Shown piece after piece: positions 48,351 through 57,503 of a stretch of 64,000 bases of DNA. The first letter of the stretch is position 1. Every line of letters begins with the position of its first letter. The position numbers were made by a program, and so were the translations under genes. The DNA comes from an uncultured Bacilli bacterium (GTDB taxonomy: Bacteria; Bacillota_I; Bacilli_A; RF39; UBA660), in NCBI GenBank assembly GCA_944372195.1, contig CALVYK010000003.1:10337-74336 (forward strand), read 5' to 3'. The notes beneath the pieces are model-generated. The model saw nothing but the letters and a program-made list of their open reading frames with translations, did not search any database and was not told where the DNA came from.

Positions 48351-48833
48351 AATATCACCTATAATAATATTACTACAAAAGTAATATTTTAGCAAGATAA
48401 TATTGTCATAAAAATAATATTTTTGTTATCTTGTAGATTATTATATTGATTAAATTGGTATAAATAATTTTTTATATAAGTCACACTATGGAGTATATTT
48501 ATATAGCTTTACTTTTAATTTTTAACTATAAATAACAAAATATTGAACATCCATTTATTATCTAACTTTATTAATTTAAATCTATGTGACTCTTTATTAT
48601 TTAATATAAGAATATTAAAAATATTTGGCATAAATCATTCATAAATATGTTATATTTTTTTATTATAGATATTTGTGCTATATTTGGATATTTTCAAATT
48701 ACTTTTCGCCAATTATTCTTTTTGTATAAAATAATTATTCTAATAAGATATAAATTTTTTTCTTATATTTTTTTACCATATATAAATCATATATAGTTTT
48801 TTTTACTATTGGTAAAATTGATTTTAAATCTAT

Positions 48834-48859
48834 AAAAAAATCACACCTGTTTGGTGTGA
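48834..48859 (-). terminator. Intrinsic terminator of the pilin-like gene
   Basis: On the minus strand: TCACACC aaaca GGTGTGA followed by T7. Confidence 0.75.
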
Positions 48860-48926
48860 CTAAATTTTAATTTAACATTTAACATCAAAATAAATATTTT
48901 GGAATATCTTAAAAATATATAGATAT

Positions 48927-51821
48927 TTAACCAATTCTAAATGCAGGTGATACTCCATAACTGGAATTAGCATAATAACAATGCCAAGTACCAGTATAGT
49001 AAACACTGTAAAAATAATCCGTACTAAGGTAATCAACCGTTCTTAACCACCATGTTTGAGCTTTACCTTGATACATTTTTATAGTTTTTGAGAATTCGGA
49101 TGTTGTAACTCCAGAGTTCTTATAATAATCTAATTGTCTAGTACTATTATATGCACTATCATATCCTCCAGCATTTGCACCCCATACTTCCATAGGTGAA
49201 AGTAAATATAATTTATCTACAGTAGTAAAATTGCCACTTTCATAATATTGACCATACCCTGAAACAACAGTAGTATTTATTATAATATTTTTTAAATCAG
49301 TAGGCAAAGAATTATATATTGTACTATTTAAAAAGTTTCTCAAATCAGAATCTCGCCATCCACCTTTATTTGTTGGAGTAGCCTTCATTACATGAGTTGT
49401 AATTATATCAACGAATTCAATTACAAAACCACATGCAGATTGAGATTCATAATTTGTACAATTTGTTGTTTTATTTGCCAACCTAACTGTAAAATTTCCG
49501 TAACCAGATAAATTTATTGTTTTAGTATCCCCAACGTCATACTCAGAAACTGTTCCATTTTTTATGTTACTAGAAATTGTACTCCATGAATCATAGTCAA
49601 ATGGTGTTTTAACAATAATCTGCGTAGAAGCTGCTGAAGTATTGCCAGCCCCACTTTTCATAGTACAAGTTAATGTATAAGTACCCGCAGATAAGGAATT
49701 TAAATTTGTAATAACATTATTATTAATTTTACATGTTGTTGTTCCATTACTTAAATTAGAATTATAGTTTGTTAAAATAGTAAAGTAATTAATTGCATTT
49801 ACAGATGTTCCTCTTCTTATTATACTACTTGAGCTTTTAGCACTTAATTTAGGTTCAGTCTTGTCAATCTTTATTGTATAACTTCTAGTTGAACTATTTC
49901 CCGCTAAATCCGTTGTTGTTATTGTTACTTTTGTTCCACTTGTATTTGATGTTATACTGCTAACATTACTTGTTGTACTTGAATGTCCTGATAAACTATC
50001 GCTTCCATTTACTTTATTTACTGTTACATTGCTTGTATACCAACTATTACTTCCTAATGTTCCTGTAAATGTCGCTGTTCCGGCTGTTGGTGCTGTCTTA
50101 TCTAGTTTATATGTATCACTACAAAGCTTTGATGTTTTATTATTATTATCGGTTACTTCGATACATAACCTATTATTTCCTTCTACTTCTATATAGAAGT
50201 CTTTGGTTGCCCCTGTAAAGCTTGCTACTGGCGTACATTCGCTTGAACTATTACTTGAACAACTTTTCGCAGTCTTAATTCCACTTCCACTATTATCTGT
50301 GATTGTTGCTCTTACAAAGAAATTACTCTTTGCCCAGCCATTACTATTTACAGAACTACTATCTACTAATTTATATGTAATTGTTGGTGCGGCTGCATCG
50401 ACAATAATGTTTCTTGTAACTTCTCTTGTATTTCCTGCTTTATCTGTTACTTTATATTTTACTGTCTTTGTTCCTGTTACTGATGTACTTATACTTGAAG
50501 GTTCTATTATCAAATCTCCTGATATGCCTGATAATGCATCACTATATGTTACTCCTGCTTTCAAGTCTACTGTTGTATTTCTTTGTACTGTCTTATCAGC
50601 TACTCCAGCTATATTTGGTAATGTCTTATCTAGTTTATAGGTATCACTACATACTTTTGATGTCTTATTATTATTATCTGTTACTTCGATACATATTCTA
50701 TTATTTCCTTCAGTTTGAATAGAGAATTCTTTTGTTGTTCCGGTAAAACTTGCGCTTGGTGTACATTCATTGGAACTATTAGTTGAACAGTTTTTAGCTA
50801 TCTTAATTCCAGTTCCACTATTATCTGTGATTGTAGCTCTTACAAAGAAATTACTCTTTGCCCAACCATTACTATTTACAGAACTGCTATCTACTAAATT
50901 GTATGTTATTGTTGGCGCGGCTGCATCGACAATAATATTTCTTGTTGCTTCTTTTGTATTTCCTGCTTTATCTGTTATTTTATATTTTACTACTTTTGTT
51001 CCAGTTACTGATGTATCTACAATTGTTGGCTCGATTATTAATTCGCCTGATATTCCTGATAATGCATCGTTATATGTTACTCCTGTTATTAAATCTACAT
51101 TCGTATTCCTTTGAACTGTTTTATCCCCTATTCCTTCTATATTTGGCGCTGTCTTATCTAAATTTAATTCCTCTGTACATACTACTTTACTTTCGCCATA
51201 TGCATTTTCTGCTTTGGCACACAATACATTTGTTCCTTCATTTATTATTATTTTTGTTCCATTTGTTTTATTTTCTTCTATGTTTGGCTCACATTCTGTA
51301 TTTCCTATACAATAATAATATTTTGTCCCTGTTCCATTTATATTTACCATTATATTTTTGTTTAGCCAGCTATTTTCATTTATATTTTCTTTATCATACA
51401 CTAGTGTCATCGTTGGTGCGATTTCTGTTCTTACACATGGTTCTGCATATTTAAAATAATATTGCTTAGCTGTCTCATTCCATCTATATAACACACATCC
51501 TTCCAATTCATTATTTGTTACTGGATTGATATGTTCTTTATCACTTATAAAACCTTTGTTAGCCAATTCTTTTAGTTCTAATATTTGTTGTTCTTTTGGA
51601 TAACCCAAATCATATTTAACGCTATAAAAATAAGCTGCTTCCTCAATATTTTCGATTGTTCTTTCTAAAGCACTCTCTCTACTTCTTTGGATTGATTTAT
51701 CTACTATTGGATATGTTATTAAAGCTATTACGGCTAGTATTATTATTACTCCTAATAATTCTATTAGTGTAAATCCTTTTTGTTCATGTATTTTTTTTAA
51801 TTTATTGGTGTTTTTCTTCAT
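48927..51821 (-). CDS. Giant modular protein with a prepilin-type N-terminal cleavage/methylation signal, tandem Ig-like modules and a DUF6273-like C-terminal domain
   Basis: The N-terminus is MKKNTNKLKKIHEQKG/FTLIELLGVIIILAVIALITYPIV (G-1, F+1, E+5). Two 176-aa repeats follow. The C-terminus WWLRTVDY...YGVSPAFRIG is typical of DUF6273-type domains (from memory). Confidence 0.8.
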   Translation of the reverse strand: MKKNTNKLKKIHEQKGFTLIELLGVIIILAVIALITYPIVDKSIQRSRESALERTIENIEEAAYFYSVKYDLGYPKEQQILELKELANKGFISDKEHINPVTNNELEGCVLYRWNETAKQYYFKYAEPCVRTEIAPTMTLVYDKENINENSWLNKNIMVNINGTGTKYYYCIGNTECEPNIEENKTNGTKIIINEGTNVLCAKAENAYGESKVVCTEELNLDKTAPNIEGIGDKTVQRNTNVDLITGVTYNDALSGISGELIIEPTIVDTSVTGTKVVKYKITDKAGNTKEATRNIIVDAAAPTITYNLVDSSSVNSNGWAKSNFFVRATITDNSGTGIKIAKNCSTNSSNECTPSASFTGTTKEFSIQTEGNNRICIEVTDNNNKTSKVCSDTYKLDKTLPNIAGVADKTVQRNTTVDLKAGVTYSDALSGISGDLIIEPSSISTSVTGTKTVKYKVTDKAGNTREVTRNIIVDAAAPTITYKLVDSSSVNSNGWAKSNFFVRATITDNSGSGIKTAKSCSSNSSSECTPVASFTGATKDFYIEVEGNNRLCIEVTDNNNKTSKLCSDTYKLDKTAPTAGTATFTGTLGSNSWYTSNVTVNKVNGSDSLSGHSSTTSNVSSITSNTSGTKVTITTTDLAGNSSTRSYTIKIDKTEPKLSAKSSSSIIRRGTSVNAINYFTILTNYNSNLSNGTTTCKINNNVITNLNSLSAGTYTLTCTMKSGAGNTSAASTQIIVKTPFDYDSWSTISSNIKNGTVSEYDVGDTKTINLSGYGNFTVRLANKTTNCTNYESQSACGFVIEFVDIITTHVMKATPTNKGGWRDSDLRNFLNSTIYNSLPTDLKNIIINTTVVSGYGQYYESGNFTTVDKLYLLSPMEVWGANAGGYDSAYNSTRQLDYYKNSGVTTSEFSKTIKMYQGKAQTWWLRTVDYLSTDYFYSVYYTGTWHCYYANSSYGVSPAFRIG
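50106..51161 (-). repeat. In-frame tandem duplication, 2 x 528 bp (176 aa each), inside the pilin-like gene
   Basis: Copy 1 is 50634-51161 (aa 221-396) and copy 2 is 50106-50633 (aa 397-572). Both start LDKT.PNI.G..DKTVQRNT.VDL. They contain an identical block apart from one residue: RNIIVDAAAPTITY.LVDSSSVNSNGWAKSNFFVRATITDNSG. Confidence 0.9.
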
Positions 51822-52121
51822 ATTTTCTCCTTAACCATTTAATTAAGCGTCTTATATTTCTACTTATTTTTTATATCATTATACATCATTTTTTATCATA
51901 TTTCAATAGCAACACTATGATTAATGCATATAGTTGCTTTGAAGTTAAAATTAATCATGTTATAAAATTGATTTTTATTAATTTTTTTCAAACCATTAAT
52001 AATCATAAATTTTTGTTTGATAATATATCAAATATTATTAAATTAGTTTGAATTTTACTATACACCTCAATTATATATCTATAATATAATTTGCTTAATT
52101 TACATATATAATAATATTAAA

Positions 52122-52146
52122 AAATTGCACTATATTGGTGCAATTT
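52122..52146 (-). terminator. Intrinsic terminator after the DUF1292-like gene
   Basis: On the minus strand: AAATTGCAC caatata GTGCAATTT followed by TTTAATATT. Confidence 0.6.
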
Positions 52147-52148
52147 AA

Positions 52149-52424
52149 TTAATTATTGTTATTAGAATTAAATTCATCTTCAGGTGACAAACCAACATAC
52201 TTGAAAATTAATTTAGCTAAATTATAATCATTAACTTTTTTTACACTTTTTTGGCCGTTAATATCAACCTCTTCAAAAATTACCAATTCTTCCATAACGT
52301 TTTCTTCATCATCGGTCAATCTTAAAGAAACATAATAAGTGTCTCCCTTATATATAGCCTGCTTTATAATCACATATTTTTTGCCGTCAGCTAATTCCAT
52401 AACTTGATTAATTCTATTTGTCAT
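52149..52424 (-). CDS. Small acidic protein, DUF1292-like
   Basis: 91 aa. LADGKKYVII...YYVSLRLTDDEENVMEELVIFEEV loosely fits the DUF1292 pattern. GGAGG RBS. Confidence 0.45.
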   Translation of the reverse strand: MTNRINQVMELADGKKYVIIKQAIYKGDTYYVSLRLTDDEENVMEELVIFEEVDINGQKSVKKVNDYNLAKLIFKYVGLSPEDEFNSNNNN

Positions 52425-52438
52425 TTTTAATTAACCTC

Positions 52439-55357
52439 CTATTTTGTCTTTCCTGATATTTCATCTGTTGGTTGTGACTCAGATTGCAATTGAGCAAAAA
52501 AGTCATTTAAATCTTGAACAGATTCTTGTGAATACTGACTTCCCAACTCTTCTTGATGTTCTTGAGCTATATCTTCAGCAACATCTTTTACGGTAGTATC
52601 TCCTTGAGTTGTATTATTTTCATATTTGTTTACTACAGCACCATCTTCATTGATTGTAGAAGATACTATATTTTCATCTTCAGTAACGTCGCCAGTGCTT
52701 ATTCCAGATTGCTCTAAACGATCTACAATTTCTTGAGCAGCTTGTTCTTGCAAAGTGCCTGTGTCACCAGTGTTATTGGTTATAGTTGCAGTGTCATCAT
52801 CTGTTTTTAAAATGCCAACTTCTCCTTGTTCAACTGTTTGTGTTTCTTGTACTGGAGTTGGTTCTGGTGTTGGAACTGGAGTTGGCTCTGGTGTTGGCTC
52901 TGGTGTTGGAACTGGAGTTGGCTCTGGTGTTGGAACTGGAGTTGGCTCTGGTGTTGGAACTGGAGTTGGTTCTGGTGTTGGAACTGGAGTTGGTTCTGGT
53001 GTTGGAACTGGAGTTGGTTCTGGTGTTGGAACTGGAGTTGGTTCTGGTGTTGGAACTGGAGTTGGCTCTGGTGTTGGAACTAGAGTTGGTTCTGATAACT
53101 CACTATCATCTTTATTTTTATTTGAATCATCTGTTAAATTTTCCTCATCAAAATTATTATCAACAAAATCATAATCTAAATCTTCATCAGAAACATCTGG
53201 TCCTTCATCGCTTACTGATGGAATATCTTCCGTTGGCAAATCTTTTTCTTTCATTGCATTACATGCAGCAAGAGTAACAAGACAAGCAGTCACTAAAGTG
53301 GCTAAACTAATCAAACCCTTTTTATGTTTTTTCAAAAAGTCTAAAACATTTTTCTTTGCTTTTTTCCAAACAACAATTGGAACTGGTTGATTGTCGTTTT
53401 TATCTTCTTCTTTTGTTGTATCTGAAGTTGATTTTGTATCTTTATTTTCTTTTTCTTTTCCATCAACTGGAACTGGAATTGGTACTACACCAACTTTATC
53501 TTTTTCTTCATCTTGTTTTTCATCAGAAGTTGATTCTGCATCTTTATTTTCTTTTTCTTTCCCATCAACTGGAACTGGAATTGGTACTACACCAACTTTA
53601 TCTTTTTCTTCATCTTTTTTTGCATCAGAAGTTGATTCTGTATCTTTATTTTCTTTTTCTTTTCCATCAACTGGAACTGGAATTGGTACTACATCTACTT
53701 TATCTTTTTCTTCATCTTTTTTTGCATCAGAAGTTGATTCTGTATCTTTATTTTCTTTTTCTTTTCCATCAACTGGAACTGGAATTGTTACTACATCTAC
53801 TTTTTCTCTTTCTGATAAATTATGTATCATATTGTCTAGTTTATCTTCGTAATCATAAGAAATCGCTTTCTCACGTGTCTTTAATATTGTAAGTTGTGAT
53901 AGTAAATTATTTAATTGTTGCCTATCCATTTCCATAGCATATTTATCAATATTTTTCTTATCTAACAATTCTTTTTTCTTTGCATCAAGTTTTTTTTCAT
54001 CAGCAGCCATAAGATTTTCAAAATTCTTTTTACTTTTCTTGACAAGTGTAGTAGCAAATTCAACAGATAAAATTGTTTTATTTATTCTTTCAATTTGCTT
54101 GTCAATATTATCTATTTCTTTAAGAAGTCTACGTTTCTCTTTAGTAATAATTTCCTTTTGTTGATTATATATATCTGTTGGAAGTATAGCTTCATTAGTT
54201 CTCAAGGTATCTAGTTGAGATAATAATCCTTTTTTGTTTTCTTCTAACTTAGATATATCATTTTCCAAAGATATTTTTTGATTTTCAGTAGATATTAATG
54301 ATGCCTCATAGTTCTTAATTTCAGCATCATATCGAGAAATATTATCCTGTAATGTTGATATTTCACTATTGATAGCTTCAACTGCAAATATAGATGGTAC
54401 ATAATTATTTTCATCAGATAACTTATCTTCTAATGATATTTTTTGCATCAAAATATCTGCTTGCAATCTTTGATTTTCAGCAATTTCTTTGTCCATATTA
54501 TCATACTTATTAGTCAATAATGATGGTAACATAAATTTAAATGATTTTAATTGTTTTAATATCTCATCATCGCTAATTTGATCATTTTCGATTTGACTTA
54601 TTAAAGATTCTAGTTCAATAGGAAAGTCAAATGCTATATATTTTTCTCTATTATTGTAAGATTGTACAACATTTTTTAATTGTACTAATTTTTTTTCATC
54701 AGCATTTTTTTTGGCAATATCAATAGAATTATTAACATCGTCTTGATCCTTTTGTTTTATATGATCCAAGAATTTTTCATATTTTCCTTTTTGACCTTTT
54801 AATAATTTTTTTCTATATTCCAAATTATCTAAACTTGCCATTAATTCATTTTTTTCTTGTGTATAGTTATCCAACTCTACTTTGACAATATCAATATCTT
54901 CACGTAGACTTTCCATTTTCATTCTAGCAGCTTTTTCTTCTTCAGGATCTGGATTTTCACCTAAATTTCTAAACTGTACACCAGCCTGATCAAGTTCCTT
55001 TTGAGCTTCACTTGATAATTCATTACAAGCTTCTATTTCACTATTTACAATACCAAGTCTACTCTTGATTGCAAGAATTTCTGCATCTGTCTTAACAGTA
55101 TCCTCACTATTCTTTCTCAATGTTTCTTCGTAATCATAAATTTTAGAATGATTTTTAATATAATCAAACTTTCTATAATTGTCATCATCAGATAATTTTA
55201 CTTCTAAATCCCTAATTTTCATATTTAAAACTGCAAGTTGATTTTCAATTTCTTTTTGTTCTTTCTCTTTACTTTCAGCTGCTAAAGAAGTTGATTTATC
55301 ATTTTCTAACATTTCAGCCATTTCTTTTAATGCTGCTAACAATTCCTCTTTATTCAT
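52439..55357 (-). CDS. 972-aa bitopic protein: long cytoplasmic coiled coil, 4 x 34-aa repeats, one TM helix, extracellular acidic and (TPEPTPVP)n linker plus a small C-terminal domain
   Basis: The first ~520 aa are heptad-rich in K/E/L/N. The TM is [22 protein letters not shown], preceded by [16 protein letters not shown] (N-in). The repeats are listed separately. RBS agggtg. Confidence 0.75.
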   Translation of the reverse strand: MNKEELLAALKEMAEMLENDKSTSLAAESKEKEQKEIENQLAVLNMKIRDLEVKLSDDDNYRKFDYIKNHSKIYDYEETLRKNSEDTVKTDAEILAIKSRLGIVNSEIEACNELSSEAQKELDQAGVQFRNLGENPDPEEEKAARMKMESLREDIDIVKVELDNYTQEKNELMASLDNLEYRKKLLKGQKGKYEKFLDHIKQKDQDDVNNSIDIAKKNADEKKLVQLKNVVQSYNNREKYIAFDFPIELESLISQIENDQISDDEILKQLKSFKFMLPSLLTNKYDNMDKEIAENQRLQADILMQKISLEDKLSDENNYVPSIFAVEAINSEISTLQDNISRYDAEIKNYEASLISTENQKISLENDISKLEENKKGLLSQLDTLRTNEAILPTDIYNQQKEIITKEKRRLLKEIDNIDKQIERINKTILSVEFATTLVKKSKKNFENLMAADEKKLDAKKKELLDKKNIDKYAMEMDRQQLNNLLSQLTILKTREKAISYDYEDKLDNMIHNLSEREKVDVVTIPVPVDGKEKENKDTESTSDAKKDEEKDKVDVVPIPVPVDGKEKENKDTESTSDAKKDEEKDKVGVVPIPVPVDGKEKENKDAESTSDEKQDEEKDKVGVVPIPVPVDGKEKENKDTKSTSDTTKEEDKNDNQPVPIVVWKKAKKNVLDFLKKHKKGLISLATLVTACLVTLAACNAMKEKDLPTEDIPSVSDEGPDVSDEDLDYDFVDNNFDEENLTDDSNKNKDDSELSEPTLVPTPEPTPVPTPEPTPVPTPEPTPVPTPEPTPVPTPEPTPVPTPEPTPVPTPEPTPVPTPEPTPEPTPVPTPEPTPVQETQTVEQGEVGILKTDDDTATITNNTGDTGTLQEQAAQEIVDRLEQSGISTGDVTEDENIVSSTINEDGAVVNKYENNTTQGDTTVKDVAEDIAQEHQEELGSQYSQESVQDLNDFFAQLQSESQPTDEISGKTK
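52851..53093 (-). repeat. About 10 tandem copies of a 24-bp unit encoding TPEPTPVP
   Basis: The plus strand reads ACTGGAGTTGG(T/C)TCTGGTGTTGGA repeated, with one 12-bp half-unit insertion. It is locally much more GC-rich than its surroundings. Confidence 0.9.
53393..53800 (-). repeat. Four tandem copies of a 102-bp unit encoding V(D/G)VV(T/P)[29 protein letters not shown]
   Basis: Unit ends fall at 53800, 53698, 53596 and 53494, exactly 102 bp apart. The first two copies are nearly identical and the fourth is the most diverged. Confidence 0.9.
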
Positions 55358-55366
55358 TTTAACACC

Positions 55367-56746
55367 CTATCTTTCTAAATTCCTATATTGCATTTGATAT
55401 TGGTATCTAATTTGTTCAATTTTATTTACTTCACTCAAACTATAAACATCATATCCTAAAGATCTAAAAGTCTCTAACATTTCACTTAATGTTACATAGC
55501 CATCTGTTACTGGCAACCATTCCTCATAATTACCGGCATCTGTTCCTTCTTCCAATTTATAATATTTATAAACAGTAGCTTGGGTTGATTCATCTTTTTT
55601 TGCACCACTAATTGGAGCATTTAAATAGTAAGTTATTTCTTGATTTGCATCGCTACTTCCGCTTGGATAATAACTTTTTACATTGGCAACAGTATACCAT
55701 TTCCACATTGTATCAGTATATTTATATCCTTCTTGTTTTTCACACTTTACACCTGTTAAATAGTTAGTTGTACATGCTTCAGTAGTATATTCAGTCCAAT
55801 CACCACAACTTGGAAAATCTCTATTATTCATTTGTTCAGTTGTTACAGGCACAAAATCTGTTCCATTACATGTAAACTGTATCTCAATAGCAACACTATG
55901 AGTTCCTGAACATGGTTTGTCAGATACAACCACATCGTTATCATTATTAGGATTTGCACAAGTATATGCTGCTGGTCTAGCAACTTTTTGGCTTCTATAT
56001 AAAGTAACATTTTCAATATTTCTATAACTTGCATCATTTGGCCTTGTAACTGAATATTTCGTTACCGTAGTACTACTTCCTTTAGTTGGATATCCTTCAG
56101 GTTGAGTCGATGAATATCCACCATTATTCCAATAATTATTAACCGTTTTTTCTGTATACCATTTATATCCAATTTGCTCGTCTTCCTTACCACTATATCC
56201 AGTTTTAGGTATACTAGCGTAATATTCAATAACTTTTGAAGCATCAGTTAAATCGTTAGGATAATAATATTTTGTTCCTGTTTGTTTTTCTTCTCCTAAG
56301 AATTTAAATCTAATGTCTGAATCATCTGTAATATCAGACTCATTACCATCTTGCCACATACCATAATTAGTATTTTCAACTTCACAATCTAAATTTGCAG
56401 AATAATGATATGTCTTACTTTCTAAATAGCAAACTGTTACATATGTATTTTCTTTGTCACATGTTTCATAATTGCTAACTTTAATTAAACCTTCTTTTTC
56501 TAATTGGTCTAAAGTCACAATAAAACATTCACCAACTTCACTTGGTAATAATTCAGGATATTTTTCATAATAATCCTTTGCTGCCTCAATTAAATCGTCC
56601 CTTAAAACTGGCTTACCACAAGCTCTTAGTAATAATAATACTATAATTACTCCTACTACTAAAATTAAAAATGAAATAAAAATCCTAAGCCATGGAATTC
56701 TATTTTTCTCTTCATTATACTCTGTATAACTGTAATTCTCGTCCAT
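55367..56746 (-). CDS. Membrane-anchored, Cys- and Tyr/Trp-rich extracytoplasmic protein (hypothetical)
   Basis: Start moved to the ATG at 56746 (GAGGTGG RBS). The N-terminal anchor is IPWLRIFISFLILVVGVIIVLLLL. About 10 extracellular Cys. Recurrent YKWYT / WKWYT / YKYYK motifs. Confidence 0.65.
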   Translation of the reverse strand: MDENYSYTEYNEEKNRIPWLRIFISFLILVVGVIIVLLLLRACGKPVLRDDLIEAAKDYYEKYPELLPSEVGECFIVTLDQLEKEGLIKVSNYETCDKENTYVTVCYLESKTYHYSANLDCEVENTNYGMWQDGNESDITDDSDIRFKFLGEEKQTGTKYYYPNDLTDASKVIEYYASIPKTGYSGKEDEQIGYKWYTEKTVNNYWNNGGYSSTQPEGYPTKGSSTTVTKYSVTRPNDASYRNIENVTLYRSQKVARPAAYTCANPNNDNDVVVSDKPCSGTHSVAIEIQFTCNGTDFVPVTTEQMNNRDFPSCGDWTEYTTEACTTNYLTGVKCEKQEGYKYTDTMWKWYTVANVKSYYPSGSSDANQEITYYLNAPISGAKKDESTQATVYKYYKLEEGTDAGNYEEWLPVTDGYVTLSEMLETFRSLGYDVYSLSEVNKIEQIRYQYQMQYRNLER

Positions 56747-56803
56747 AATTTCCACCTCTAGAATAATAATACCATTTTTAACATTTTTTTACAAGATATA
56801 AAC

Positions 56804-57460
56804 TTAAATTTGTGTAAAATATTTAACCAAACCATTTCTTATACTATAGGCAATTTTTTCTTGATAACTTTCTTGTTTTAACAGATATCTTTCATTAGGA
56901 TTAGATATAAAGCCAACTTCTAATAAAACACCAGGTATTTTAACCCTTTGATATAAATAGTGATCTTTTATTTCTTTATATTTACGATTAGTTTTTAAAT
57001 CTATTTTAAATTGTTCTTGCATTATTTTAGCTATTACTTGATTTTTATCATTTACAGTATCATAAAATGCTTGTGCTCCTTGCCATGTACTAGATACATC
57101 TGAATTTAAGTGAATTGATAAATATATATCAGCTTTTGAATCATTTATTATATTTGCTCTTCTAGATAAGTCACTTCTTTTTCTATTTATAGCATTTTTA
57201 ACTGATAAATCATAATCACCATATCTAGTTAAATAAACTATTGCACCATTTTTTTCTAATTCTGTTTGTATTTTTAAACTTATTTGCAAATTTAAATTTG
57301 ATTCATATAAATCATTATGTATTGCACCAGGATCAGCTCCTCCATGTCCTGGATCTATATATATAACTTTTCCCAATAAAGGTAAATTTAAAGCGTTAAT
57401 AATTCCGATAGCATATAAACTTATAAAAAACAATAATAAATAAAATATCTTATTTTTCAT
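56804..57460 (-). CDS. cwlD: Germination-specific N-acetylmuramoyl-L-alanine amidase CwlD
   Basis: 218 aa, collinear with B. subtilis CwlD as I remember it: GKVIYIDPGHGGADPGA, YLSIHLNS, PGVLLEVGFISNP. N-terminal TM/signal. Confidence 0.85.
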   Translation of the reverse strand: MKNKIFYLLLFFISLYAIGIINALNLPLLGKVIYIDPGHGGADPGAIHNDLYESNLNLQISLKIQTELEKNGAIVYLTRYGDYDLSVKNAINRKRSDLSRRANIINDSKADIYLSIHLNSDVSSTWQGAQAFYDTVNDKNQVIAKIMQEQFKIDLKTNRKYKEIKDHYLYQRVKIPGVLLEVGFISNPNERYLLKQESYQEKIAYSIRNGLVKYFTQI

Positions 57461-57503
57461 GATTTCACCTATTTAAATATATGAAAAAAAGTAGATAAAT
57501 CTA

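Noticed and set aside
50203-51454. Four plus-strand ORFs (50203-50640, 50426-50722, 50770-51114, 50942-51454) inside the pilin-like gene, two pairs of which look like paralogs.
   Set aside because: They are antisense to a gene with clear domain logic. Their apparent paralogy simply mirrors the 528-bp tandem duplication. The Leu/Tyr/Phe-rich translations are typical of AT-rich antisense frames.
52851-53800. Regularly spaced repeats that could be mistaken for a CRISPR array or other non-coding repeat locus.
   Set aside because: The units are contiguous with no unique spacers. They are multiples of 3 nt and lie in frame within a long ORF. No CRISPR-like repeat-spacer structure was seen anywhere in the window.
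52755-53892. Five plus-strand ORFs (52755-53174, 52786-53277, 52826-53083, 53356-53892, 53391-53852) with bizarre periodic translations (GVGSGVGT..., WCWNWSW..., LELVLVLE...).
   Set aside because: They are the antisense readings of the 24-bp and 102-bp coding repeats of the 972-aa minus-strand gene. Repeats lacking stop codons stay open in several frames. They have no RBS and no independent support.
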